Below, piece by piece: positions 14,326-28,300 of a DNA stretch of 64,000 nt (within the stretch, counting starts at the first letter, position 1; every line of letters begins with the position of its first letter). Source of the stretch: the human T2T-CHM13v2.0 reference genome, Homo sapiens. The position numbers and the translations under genes are program-made. The DNA is taken from the NCBI RefSeq assembly GCF_009914755.1, contig NC_060939.1; one strand, given 5' to 3'. Under the pieces are notes generated by a model. That model had not been told where the DNA came from. It made no database searches and saw nothing but the letters and a program-made list of their open reading frames with translations.

Positions 14326-16074
14326 GTGTCCATTCCACTCCAGTCCATTCCATTCGTGTCCATTCCATTCCAGTCCATTCCATTTGTGTCCACTGCATTC
14401 CATTCCACTCCATTCCATATTATTCCATTACACTCCATTCCATTCTATTACTTTCATTTCCATTCAATTCCATTCCATTTGATTCCATTCCACTCGGTTT
14501 CATTCCATTTGAGTCCACTCCATTCCATTCCATTCCATTCCATTCAGTTCCATTCCATTCTGTTCCATTCCATTCCGTTCCATTACATTCCATTCCATTC
14601 GGTACCATTCCATATTGTTCCATTCGATTCCATTCGAATCCATTCCATTCCAGTCCATTCCATTCGATTCCATTCCATTCATTTCAATTCCATTCCATTC
14701 CATTCCATTACATTCCACTTGATTCCTCTCCATTCCCTTCCACTGCATTCCGTTCGATTCCATTCCATTGCATTGCATTCCATTCCATTGGATTGCATTC
14801 CATTCGATTCCATTCCATTCGAATCAATTACATAGCAATCCATTACATTCGAGTCTATTCTCTTCCGTTCCATTCGATTTCGTTCCAATCCATTCGATTC
14901 CATTCCATTCGATTCCATTCCATACTATTGCATTCCATTCGATTACATTATATTCGAATAAGTTCCATTCAAGACCATTTCTTTTGAGTCCATTCTATTT
15001 GAGTCCATTCCCTTTGATTCCATAACATTTGAGTCCATTCAATTCCATTCCTTTCGTTTCCATTCCATTTGATGCCATTCCATTCAATTCTGTTCTACTC
15101 GACTCCAATACATTCAATTCCATTCCATCCGATTCCATTACATTCTTTTCATTTCTTATCCATTTCAAGCCATTCCACTCCATTCCATTCCACTCGTTTC
15201 CTTTCCATTCGAGTCCATTCCTCTCCAGTCCATTCCGTTCAATCCATTCCATTCCAGTCCATTCCATTCGAGTCCGTTCCATTCCATTCGATGTCTTTCC
15301 ATAACGATCCATTCCATTCTATTCCTTTCGATTCCATTCCATTCTATTTCATTCCATTCGATTCCCTTCCATTGGACTCCTTTCCATTCGAGTGCATTCC
15401 ATTCCGTTCCATTTCTTTCCATTCTGTACGATTCCTACCGTTCGATTTCATTTTGTTCCAGTCCATTCCTTTCGCGTCCATTCCATTCCATTTCACTCCA
15501 TTCGATTCCATTCCACTCGATTCCACTTTGTTCCATTTCATTGCATTCCATTCTATTCAACTCTATTGCCCTCCATTCCATTCCATTCGATTACATTCCA
15601 TGCGATTCCATTCGAAATCGAATCAATTACATTGCAATCCATTACTATTGAGTCCGTTTTATTCCAGTCCACTGCATTCTGGTCCATTCCATTTGATTCC
15701 ATTCCATTCTATTCCATTCCATACAGTTGCATTCCATTGGATTCCATTCTATATCTATAAATTCAATTCGAGACCATTGCTTTTGAGTCCATTCTATATG
15801 ATTCCATTCCATTCAAGTCCATTACATTTGGTTCAATTCCATTCCATTCCATTCCATTCCCTTCCATTCCATTCCAGTTGATATCAATCCATTCGATTCC
15901 ATTCCATTCGAGCACATACCATTCGAGTCCATTCCATTCGATGCCATTCCATTTGATTCTATTCCATTAGTCTCCATTCAATTCCATTAATCTCCATTCC
16001 ATTCCATTCTACTCCAACTGATTCCATTCCATTCTATTCCTTTCCATTCCATTTCATTCCATTCCATTCCATTC
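14326..16074 (+). repeat. Variant unit U9, 1749 bp (-30, +5, -20 bp)
   Basis: A 30-bp loss at ~15278, an extra pentamer at ~15845 and a 20-bp loss at ~16055 sum to -45, matching the 1749 spacing. Confidence 0.88.
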
Positions 16075-19000
16075 GTGTCCATTCCACTCCAGTCCATTCC
16101 ATTCGTGTCCATTCCATTCCAGTCCATTCCATTTGTGTCCACTGCATTCCATTCCACTCCATTCCATATTATTCCATTACACTCCATTCCATTCTATTAC
16201 TTTCATTTCCATTCAATTCCATTCCATTTGATTCCATTCCACTCGGTTTCATTCCATTTGAGTCCACTCCATTCCATTCCATTCCATTCCATTCAGTTCC
16301 ATTCCATTCTGTTCCATTCCATTCCGTTCCATTACATTCCATTCCATTCGGTACCATTCCATATTGTTCCATTCGATTCCATTCGAATCCATTCCATTCC
16401 AGTCCATTCCATTCGATTCCATTCCATTCATTTCAATTCCATTCCATTCCATTACATTCCATTCCACTTGATTCCTCTCCATTCCCTTCCACTGCATTCC
16501 GTTCGATTCCATTCCATTGCATTGCATTCCATTCCATTGATTGCATTCCATTCGATTCCATTCCATTCGAATCAATTACATAGCAATCCATTACATTCCA
16601 GTCTATTCTATTCCGTTCCATTCGATTTCGTTCCAATCCATTCGATTCCATTCCATTCGATTCCATTCCATACTATTGCATTCCATTCGATTACATTATA
16701 TTCGAATAAGTTCCATTCAAGACCATTTCTTTTGAGTCCATTCTATTTGAGTCCATTCCCTTTGATTCCATAACATTTGAGTCCATTCAATTCCATTCCT
16801 TTCGTTTCCATTCCATTTGATGCCATTCCATTCAATTCTGTTCTACTCGACTCCAATACATTCAATTCCATTCCATCCGATTCCATTACATTCTTTTCAT
16901 TTCTTATCCATTTCAAGCCATTCCACTCCATTCCATTCCACTCGTTTCCTTTCCATTCGAGTCCATTCCTCTCCAGTCCATTCCGTTCAATCCATTCCAT
17001 TCCAGTCCATTCCATTCGAGTCCGTTCCATTCCAGTCCATTCCATTCGAGTCAATTCCATCCCATTCGATGTCTTTCCATAACGATCCATTCCATTCTAT
17101 TCCTTTCGATTCCATTCCATTCTATTTCATTCCATTCGATTCCCTTCCATTGGACTCCTTTCCATTCGAGTGCATTCCATTCCGTTCCATTTCTTTCCGT
17201 TCTGTACGATTCCTACCGTTCGATTTCATTTTGTTCCAGTCCATTCCTTTCGCGTCCATTCCATTCCATTTCACTCCATTCGATTCCATTCCACTCGATT
17301 CCACTTCGTTCCATTTCATTGCATTCCATTCTATTCAACTCTATTGCCTTCCATTCCATTCCATTCGATTACATTCCATGCGATTCCATTCGAAATCGAA
17401 TCAATTACATTGCAATCCATTACTATTGAGTCCGTTTTATTCCAGTCCACTGCATTCTGGTCCATTCCATTTGATTCCATTCCATTCTATTCCATTCCAT
17501 ACAGTTGCATTCCATTGGATTCCATGCTATATCTATAAATTCAATTCGAGACCATTGCTTTTGAGTCCATTCTATATGATTCCATTCCATTCAAGTCCAT
17601 TACATTTGGTTCAATTCCATTCCATTCCATTCCCTTCCATTCCATTCCATTTGATATCAATCCATTCGATTCCATTCCATTCGAGCACATTCCATTCGAG
17701 TCCATTCCATTCGATGCCATTCCATTTGATTCTATTCCATTAGTCTCCATTCTATTCCATTAATCTCCATTCCATTCCATTCTACTCCAACTGATTCCAT
17801 TCCATTCTATTCCTTTCCATTCCATTTCATTCCATTCCATTCCATTCGTGTCCATTCCACTCCAGTCCATTCCATTCGTGTCCATTCCATTCCAGTCCAT
17901 TCCATTTGTGTCCACTGCATTCCATTCCACTCCATTCCATATTATTCCATTACACTCCATTCCATTCTATTACTTTCATTTCCATTCAATTCCATTCCAT
18001 TTGATTCCATTCCACTCGGTTTCATTCCATTTGAGTCCACTCCATTCCATTCCATTCCATTCCATTCAGTTCCATTCCATTCTGTTCCATTCCATTCCGT
18101 TCCATTACATTCCATTCCATTCGGTACCATTCCATATTGTTCCATTCGATTCCATTCGAATCCATTCCATTCCAGTCCATTCCATTCGATTCCATTCCAT
18201 TCATTTCAATTCCATTCCATTCCATTACATTCCATTCCACTTGATTCCTCTCCATTCCCTTCCACTGCATTCCGTTCGATTCCATTCCATTGCATTGCAT
18301 TCCATTCCATTGATTGCATTCCATTCGATTCCATTCCATTCGAATCAATTACATAGCAATCCATTACATTCCAGTCTATTCTATTCCGTTCCATTCGATT
18401 TCGTTCCAATCCATTCGATTCCATTCCATTCGATTCCATTCCATACTATTGCATTCCATTCGATTACATTATATTCGAATAAGTTCCATTCAAGACCATT
18501 TCTTTTGAGTCCATTCTATTTGAGTCCATTCCCTTTGATTCCATAACATTTGAGTCCATTCAATTCCATTCCTTTCGTTTCCATTCCATTTGATGCCATT
18601 CCATTCAATTCTGTTCTACTCGACTCCAATACATTCAATTCCATTCCATCCGATTCCATTACATTCTTTTCATTTCTTATCCATTTCAAGCCATTCCACT
18701 CCATTCCATTCCACTCGTTTCCTTTCCATTCGAGTCCATTCCTCTCCAGTCCATTCCGTTCAATCCATTCCATTCCAGTCCATTCCATTCGAGTCCGTTC
18801 CATTCCAGTCCATTCCATTCGAGTCAATTCCATCCCATTCGATGTCTTTCCATAACGATCCATTCCATTCTATTCCTTTCGATTCCATTCCATTCTATTT
18901 CATTCCATTCGATTCCCTTCCATTGGACTCCTTTCCATTCGAGTGCATTCCATTCCGTTCCATTTCTTTCCGTTCTGTACGATTCCTACCGTTCGATTTC

Positions 19001-21393
19001 ATTTTGTTCCAGTCCATTCCTTTCGCGTCCATTCCATTCCATTTCACTCCATTCGATTCCATTCCACTCGATTCCACTTCGTTCCATTTCATTGCATTCC
19101 ATTCTATTCAACTCTATTGCCTTCCATTCCATTCCATTCGATTACATTCCATGCGATTCCATTCGAAATCGAATCAATTACATTGCAATCCATTACTATT
19201 GAGTCCGTTTTATTCCAGTCCACTGCATTCTGGTCCATTCCATTTGATTCCATTCCATTCTATTCCATTCCATACAGTTGCATTCCATTGGATTCCATGC
19301 TATATCTATAAATTCAATTCGAGACCATTGCTTTTGAGTCCATTCTATATGATTCCATTCCATTCAAGTCCATTACATTTGGTTCAATTCCATTCCATTC
19401 CATTCCCTTCCATTCCATTCCATTTGATATCAATCCATTCGATTCCATTCCATTCGAGCACATTCCATTCGAGTCCATTCCATTCGATGCCATTCCATTT
19501 GATTCTATTCCATTAGTCTCCATTCTATTCCATTAATCTCCATTCCATTCCATTCTACTCCAACTGATTCCATTCCATTCTATTCCTTTCCATTCCATTT
19601 CATTCCATTCCATTCCATTCGTGTCCATTCCACTCCAGTCCATTCCATTCGTGTCCATTCCATTCCAGTCCATTCCATTTGTGTCCACTGCATTCCATTC
19701 CACTCCATTCCATATTATTCCATTACACTCCATTCCATTCTATTACTTTCATTTCCATTCAATTCCATTCCATTTGATTCCATTCCACTCGGTTTCATTC
19801 CATTTGAGTCCACTCCATTCCATTCCATTCCATTCCATTCAGTTCCATTCCATTCTGTTCCATTCCATTCCGTTCCATTACATTCCATTCCATTCGGTAC
19901 CATTCCATATTGTTCCATTCGATTCCATTCGAATCCATTCCATTCCAGTCCATTCCATTCGATTCCATTCCATTCATTTCAATTCCATTCCATTCCATTA
20001 CATTCCATTCCACTTGATTCCTCTCCATTCCCTTCCACTGCATTCCGTTCGATTCCATTCCATTGCATTGCATTCCATTCCATTGATTGCATTCCATTCG
20101 ATTCCATTCCATTCGAATCAATTACATAGCAATCCATTACATTCCAGTCTATTCTATTCCGTTCCATTCGATTTCGTTCCAATCCATTCGATTCCATTCC
20201 ATTCGATTCCATTCCATACTATTGCATTCCATTCGATTACATTATATTCGAATAAGTTCCATTCAAGACCATTTCTTTTGAGTCCATTCTATTTGAGTCC
20301 ATTCCCTTTGATTCCATAACATTTGAGTCCATTCAATTCCATTCCTTTCGTTTCCATTCCATTTGATGCCATTCCATTCAATTCTGTTCTACTCGACTCC
20401 AATACATTCAATTCCATTCCATCCGATTCCATTACATTCTTTTCATTTCTTATCCATTTCAAGCCATTCCACTCCATTCCATTCCACTCGTTTCCTTTCC
20501 ATTCGAGTCCATTCCTCTCCAGTCCATTCCGTTCAATCCATTCCATTCCAGTCCATTCCATTCGAGTCCGTTCCATTCCAGTCCATTCCATTCGAGTCAA
20601 TTCCATCCCATTCGATGTCTTTCCATAACGATCCATTCCATTCTATTCCTTTCGATTCCATTCCATTCTATTTCATTCCATTCGATTCCCTTCCATTGGA
20701 CTCCTTTCCATTCGAGTGCATTCCATTCCGTTCCATTTCTTTCCGTTCTGTACGATTCCTACCGTTCGATTTCATTTTGTTCCAGTCCATTCCTTTCGCG
20801 TCCATTCCATTCCATTTCACTCCATTCGATTCCATTCCACTCGATTCCACTTCGTTCCATTTCATTGCATTCCATTCTATTCAACTCTATTGCCTTCCAT
20901 TCCATTCCATTCGATTACATTCCATGCGATTCCATTCGAAATCGAATCAATTACATTGCAATCCATTACTATTGAGTCCGTTTTATTCCAGTCCACTGCA
21001 TTCTGGTCCATTCCATTTGATTCCATTCCATTCTATTCCATTCCATACAGTTGCATTCCATTGGATTCCATGCTATATCTATAAATTCAATTCGAGACCA
21101 TTGCTTTTGAGTCCATTCTATATGATTCCATTCCATTCAAGTCCATTACATTTGGTTCAATTCCATTCCATTCCATTCCCTTCCATTCCATTCCATTTGA
21201 TATCAATCCATTCGATTCCATTCCATTCGAGCACATTCCATTCGAGTCCATTCCATTCGATGCCATTCCATTTGATTCTATTCCATTAGTCTCCATTCTA
21301 TTCCATTAATCTCCATTCCATTCCATTCTACTCCAACTGATTCCATTTCATTCTATTCCTTTCCATTCCATTTCATTCCATTCCATTCCATTC
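16075..21393 (+). repeat. Tandem triplet of 1773-bp variant units (U10-U12)
   Basis: Three consecutive spacings of 1773. The units share a 1-bp deletion (CCATTGATTGC vs CCATTGGATTGC at ~16538, ~18311, ~20084), a 20-bp terminal deletion and the same SNVs. Confidence 0.92.
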
Positions 21394-24300
21394 GTGTCCA
21401 TTCCACTCCAGTCCATTCCATTCGTGTCCATTCCATTCCAGTCCATTACATTTGTGTCCACTGCATTCCATTCCACTCCATTCCATATTATTCCATTACA
21501 CTCCATTCCATTCTATTACTTTCATTTCCATTCAATTCCATTCCATTTGATTCCATTCCACTCGGTTTCATTCCATTTGAGTCCACTCCATTCCATTCCA
21601 TTCCATTCCATTCAGTTCCATTCCATTCTGTTCCATTCCATTCCGTTCCATTACATTCCATTCCATTCGGTACCATTCCATATTGTTCCATTCGATTCCA
21701 TTCGAATCCATTCCATTCCAGTCCATTCCATTCGATTCCATTCCATTCATTTCAATTCCATTCCATTCCATTCCATTCCATTCCACTTGATTCCTCTCCA
21801 TTCCCTTCCACTGCATTCCGTTCGATTCCATTCCATTGCATTGCATTCCATTCCATTGGATTGCATTCCATTCGATTCCATTCCATTCGAATCAATTACA
21901 TAGCAATCCATTACATTCGAGTCTATTCTCTTCCGTTCCATTCGATTTCGTTCCAATCCATTCGATTCCATTCCATTCGATTCCATTCCATACTATTGCA
22001 TTCCATTCGATTACATTATATTCGAATAAGTTCCATTCAAGACCATTTCTTTTGAGTCCATTCTATTTGAGTCCATTCCCTTTGATTCCATAACATTTGA
22101 GTCCATTCAATTCCATTCCTTTCGTTTCCATTCCATTTGATGCCATTCCATTCAATTCTGTTCTACTCGACTCCAATACATTCAATTCCATTCCATCCGA
22201 TTCCATTACATTCTTTTCATTTCTTATCCATTTCAAGCCATTCCACTCCATTCCATTCCACTCGTTTCCTTTCCATTCGAGTCCATTCCTCTCCAGTCCA
22301 TTCCGTTCAATCCATTCCATTCCAGTCCATTCCATTCGAGTCCGTTCCATTCCAGTCCATTCCATTCGAGTCAATTCCATTCCATTCGATGTCTTTCCAT
22401 AACGATCCATTCCATTCTATTCCTTTCGATTCCATTCCATTCTATTTCATTCCATTCGATTCCCTTCCATTGGACTCCTTTCCATTCGAGTGCATTCCAT
22501 TCCTTTCCATTTCTTTCCGTTCTGTACGATTCCTACCGTTCGATTTCATTTTGTTCCAGTCCATTCCTTTCGCGTCCATTCCATTCCATTTCACTCCATT
22601 CGATTCCATTCCACTCGATTCCACTTCGTTCCATTTCATTGCATTCCATTCTATTCAACTCTATTGCCTTCCATTCCATTCCATTCGATTACATTCCATG
22701 CGATTCCATTCGAAATCGAATCAATTACATTGCAATCCATTACTATTGAGTCCGTTTTATTCCAGTCCACTGCATTCTGGTCCATTCCATTTGATTCCAT
22801 TCCATTCTATTCCATTCCATACAGTTGCATTCCATTGGATTCCATGCTATATCTATAAATTCAATTCGAGACCATTGCTTTTGAGTCCATTCTATATGAT
22901 TCCATTCCATTCAAGTCCATTACATTTGGTTCAATTCCATTCCATTCCATTCCCTTCCATTCCATTCCATTTGATATCAATCCATTCGATTCCATTCCAT
23001 TCGAGCACATTCCATTCGAGTCCATTCCATTCGATGCCATTCCATTTGATTCTATTCCATTAGTCTCCATTCAATTCCATTAATCTCCATTCCATTCCAT
23101 TCTACTCCAACTGATTCCATTCCATTCTATTCCTTTCCATTCCATTTCATTCCATTCCATTCCATTTCATTCCATTCCATTCCATTCGTGTCCATTCCAC
23201 TCCAGTCCATTCCATTCGTGTCCATTCCATTCCAGTCCATTCCATTTGTGTCCACTGCATTCCATTCCACTCCATTCCATATTATTCCATTACACTCCAT
23301 TCCATTCTATTACTTTCATTTCCATTCAATTCCATTCCATTTGATTCCATTCCACTCGGTTTCATTCCATTTGAGTCCACTCCATTCCATTCCATTCCAT
23401 TCCATTCAGTTCCATTCCATTCTGTTCCATTCCATTCCGTTCCATTACATTCCATTCCATTCGGTACCATTCCATATTGTTCCATTCGATTCCATTCGAA
23501 TCCATTCCATTCCAGTCCATTCCATTCGATTCCATTCCATTCATTTCAATTCCATTCCATTCCATTCCATTACATTCCACTTGATTCCTCTCCATTCCCT
23601 TCCACTGCATTCCGTTCGATTCCATTCCATTGCATTGCATTCCATTCCATTGGATTGCATTCCATTCGATTCCATTCCATTCGAATCAATTACATAGCAA
23701 TCCATTACATTCGAGTCTATTCTCTTCCGTTCCATTCGATTTCGTTCCAATCCATTCGATTCCATTCCATTCGATTCCATTCCATACTATTGCATTCCAT
23801 TCGATTACATTATATTCGAATAAGTTCCATTCAAGACCATTTCTTTTGAGTCCATTCTATTTGAGTCCATTCCCTTTGATTCCATAACATTTGAGTCCAT
23901 TCAATTCCATTCCTTTCGTTTCCATTCCATTTGATGCCATTCCATTCAATTCTGTTCTACTCGACTCCAATACATTCAATTCCATTCCATCCGATTCCAT
24001 TACATTCTTTTCATTTCTTATCCATTTCAAGCCATTCCACTCCATTCCATTCCACTCGTTTCCTTTCCATTCGAGTCCATTCCTCTCCAGTCCATTCCGT
24101 TCAATCCATTCCATTCCAGTCCATTCCATTCGAGTCCGTTCCATTCCAGTCCATTCCATTCGAGTCAATTCCATTCCATTCGATGTCTTTCCATAACGAT
24201 CCATTCCATTCTATTCCTTTCGATTCCATTCCATTCTATTTCATTCCATTCGATTCCCTTCCATTGGACTCCTTTCCATTCGAGTGCATTCCATTCCGTT

Positions 24301-25379
24301 CCATTTCTTTCCGTTCTGTACGATTCCTACCGTTCGATTTCATTTTGTTCCAGTCCATTCCTTTCGCGTCCATTCCATTCCATTTCACTCCATTCGATTC
24401 CATTCCACTCCATTCCACTTCGTTCCATTTCATTGCATTCCATTCTATTCAACTCTATTGCCTTCCATTCCATTCCATTCGATTACATTCCATGCGATTC
24501 CATTCGAAATCGAATCAATTACATTGAAATTCATTACTATTTAGTCCGTTTTATTCCAGTCCACTGCATTCTGGTCCATTCCATTTGATTCCATTCCATT
24601 CTATTCCATTCCATACAGTTGCATTCCATTGGATTCCATGCTATATCTATAAATTCAATTCGAGACCATTGCTTTTGAGTCCATTCTATATGATTCCATT
24701 CCATTCAAGTCCATTACATTTGGTTCAATTCCATTCCATTCCATTCCCTTCCATTCCATTCCATTTGATATCAATCCATTCAATTCCATTCCATTCGAGC
24801 ACATTCCATTCGAGTCCATTCCATTCGATGCCATTCCATTTGATTCTATTCCATTAGTCTCCATTCAATTCCATTAATCTCCATTCCATTCCATTCTACT
24901 CCAACTGATTCCATTCCATTCTATTCCTTTCCATTCCATTTCATTCCATTCCATTCCATTTCATTCCAATCCATTCCATTCGTGTCCATTCCACTCCAGT
25001 CCATTCCATTCGTGTCCATTCCATTCCAGTCCATTCCATTTGTGTCCACTGCATTCCATTCCACTCCATTCCATATTATTCCATTACACTCCATTCCATT
25101 CTATTACTTTCATTTCCATTCAATTCCATTCCATTTGATTCCATTCCACTCGGTTTCATTCCATTTGAGTCCACTCCATTCCATTCCATTCCATTCCATT
25201 CAGTTCCATTCCATTCTGTTCCATTCCATTCCGTTCCATTACATTCCATTCCATTCGGTACCATTCCATATTGTTCCTTTCGATTCCATTCGAATCCATT
25301 CCATTCCAGTCCATTCCATTCGATTCCATTCCATTCATTTCAATTCCATTCCATTCCATTCCATTACATTCCACTTGAT

Positions 25380-28300
25380 TCCTCTCCATTCCCTTCCACT
25401 GCATTCCGTTCGATTCCATTCCATTGCATTGCATTCCATTCCATTGGATTGCATTCCATTCGATTCCATTCCATTCGAATCAATTACATAGCAATCCATT
25501 ACATTCGAGTCTATTCTCTTCCGTTCCATTCGATTTCGTTCCAATCCATTCGATTCCATTCCATTCGATTCCATTCCATACTATTGCATTCCATTCGATT
25601 ACATTATATTCGAATAAGTTCCATTCAAGACCATTTCTTTTGAGTCCATTCTATTTGAGTCCATTCCCTTTGATTCCATAACATTTGAGTCCATTCAATT
25701 CCATTCCTTTCGTTTCCATTCCATTTGATGCCATTCCATTCAATTCTGTTCTACTCGACTCCAATACATTCAATTCCATTCCATCCGATTCCATTACATT
25801 CTTTTCATTTCTTATCCATTTCAAGCCATTCCACTCCATTCCATTCCACTCGTTTCCTTTCCATTCGAGTCCATTCCTCTCCAGTCCATTCCGTTCAATC
25901 CATTCCATTCCAGTCCATTCCATTCGAGTCCGTTCCATTCCAGTCCATTCCATTCGAGTCAATTCCATTCCATTCGATGTCTTTCCATAACGATCCATTC
26001 CATTCTATTCCTTTCGATTCCATTCCATTCTATTTCATTCCATTCGATTCCCTTCCATTGGACTCCTTTCCATTCGAGTGCATTCCATTCCGTTCCATTT
26101 CTTTCCGTTCTGTACGATTCCTACCGTTCGATTTCATTTTGTTCCAGTCCATTCCTTTCGCGTCCATTCCATTCCATTTCACTCCATTCGATTCCATTCC
26201 ACTCCATTCCACTTCGTTCCATTTCATTGCATTCCATTCTATTCAACTCTATTGCCTTCCATTCCATTCCATTCGATTACATTCCATGCGATTCCATTCG
26301 AAATCGAATCAATTACATTGAAATTCATTACTATTTAGTCCGTTTTATTCCAGTCCACTGCATTCTGGTCCATTCCATTTGATTCCATTCCATTCTATTC
26401 CATTCCATACAGTTGCATTCCATTGGATTCCATGCTATATCTATAAATTCAATTCGAGACCATTGCTTTTGAGTCCATTCTATATGATTCCATTCCATTC
26501 AAGTCCATTACATTTGGTTCAATTCCATTCCATTCCATTCCCTTCCATTCCATTCCATTTGATATCAATCCATTCAATTCCATTCCATTCGAGCACATTC
26601 CATTCGAGTCCATTCCATTCGATGCCATTCCATTTGATTCTATTCCATTAGTCTCCATTCAATTCCATTAATCTCCATTCCATTCCATTCTACTCCAACT
26701 GATTCCATTCCATTCTATTCCTTTCCATTCCATTTCATTCCATTCCATTCCATTTCATTCCATTCCATTCCATTCGTGTCCATTCCACTCCAGTCCATTC
26801 CATTCGTGTCCATTCCATTCCAGTCCATTCCATTTGTGTCCACTGCATTCCATTCCACTCCATTCCATATTATTCCATTACACTCCATTCCATTCTATTA
26901 CTTTCATTTCCATTCAATTCCATTCCATTTGATTCCATTCCACTCGGTTTCATTCCATTTGAGTCCACTCCATTCCATTCCATTCCATTCCATTCCATTC
27001 AGTTCCATTCCATTCTGTTCCATTCCATTCCATTCCATTCGGTACCATTCCATAGTGTTCCATTCGATTCCATTCGAATCCATTCCATTCCAGTCCTTTC
27101 CATTCGATTCCATTCCATTCATTTCAATTCCATTCCATTCCATTCCATTCCATTCCACTTGATTCCTCTCCATTCCCTTCCACTGCATTCCGTTCGATTC
27201 CATTCCATTGCATTGCATTCCATTCCATTGGATTGCATTCCATTCGATTCCATTCCATTCGAATCAATTACATAGCAATCCATTACATTCGAGTCTATTC
27301 TCTTCCGTTCCATTCGATTTCGTTCCAATCCATTCGATTCCATTCCATTCGATTCCATTCCATACTATTGCATTCCATTCGATTAAATTATATTCGAATA
27401 AGTTCCATTCAAGACCATTTCTTTTGAGTCCATTCTATTTGAGTCCATTCCCTTTGATTCCATAACATTTGAGTCCATTCAATTCCATTCCTTTCGTTTC
27501 CATTCCATTTGATGCCATTCCATTCAATTCTGTTATACTCGACTCCAATACATTCAATTCCATTCCATCCAATTCCATTACATTCTTTTCATTTCTTATC
27601 CATTTCAAGCCATTCCACTCCATTCCATTCCACTCGTTTCCTTTCCATTCGAGTCCATTCCTCTCCAGTCCATTCCGTTCAATCCATTCCATTCCAGTCC
27701 ATTCCATTCGAGTCCGTTCCATTCCATTCGATGTCTTTCCATAACGATCCATTCCATTCTATTCCTTTCGATTCCATTCCATTCTATTTCATTCCATTCG
27801 ATTCCCTTCCATTGGACTCCTTTCCATTCGAGTGCATTCCATTCCGTTCCATTTCTTTCCATTCTGTACGATTCCTACCGTTCGATTTCATTTTGTTCCA
27901 GTCCATTCCTTTCGCGTCCATTCCATTCCATTTCACTCCATTCGATTCCATTCCACTCGATTCCACTTTGTTCCATTTCATTGCATTCCATTCTATTCAA
28001 CTCTATTGCCCTCCATTCCATTCCATTCGATTACATTCCATGCGATTCCATTCGAAATCGAATCAATTACATTGCAATCCATTACTATTGAGTCCGTTTT
28101 ATTCCAGTCCACTGCATTCTGGTCCATTCCATTTGATTCCATTCCATTCTATTCCATTCCATACAGTTGCATTCCATTGGATTCCATTCTATATCTATAA
28201 ATTCAATTCGAGACCATTGCTTTTGAGTCCATTCTATATGATTCCATTCCATTCAAGTCCATTACATTTGGTTCAATTCCATTCCATTCCATTCCCTTCC

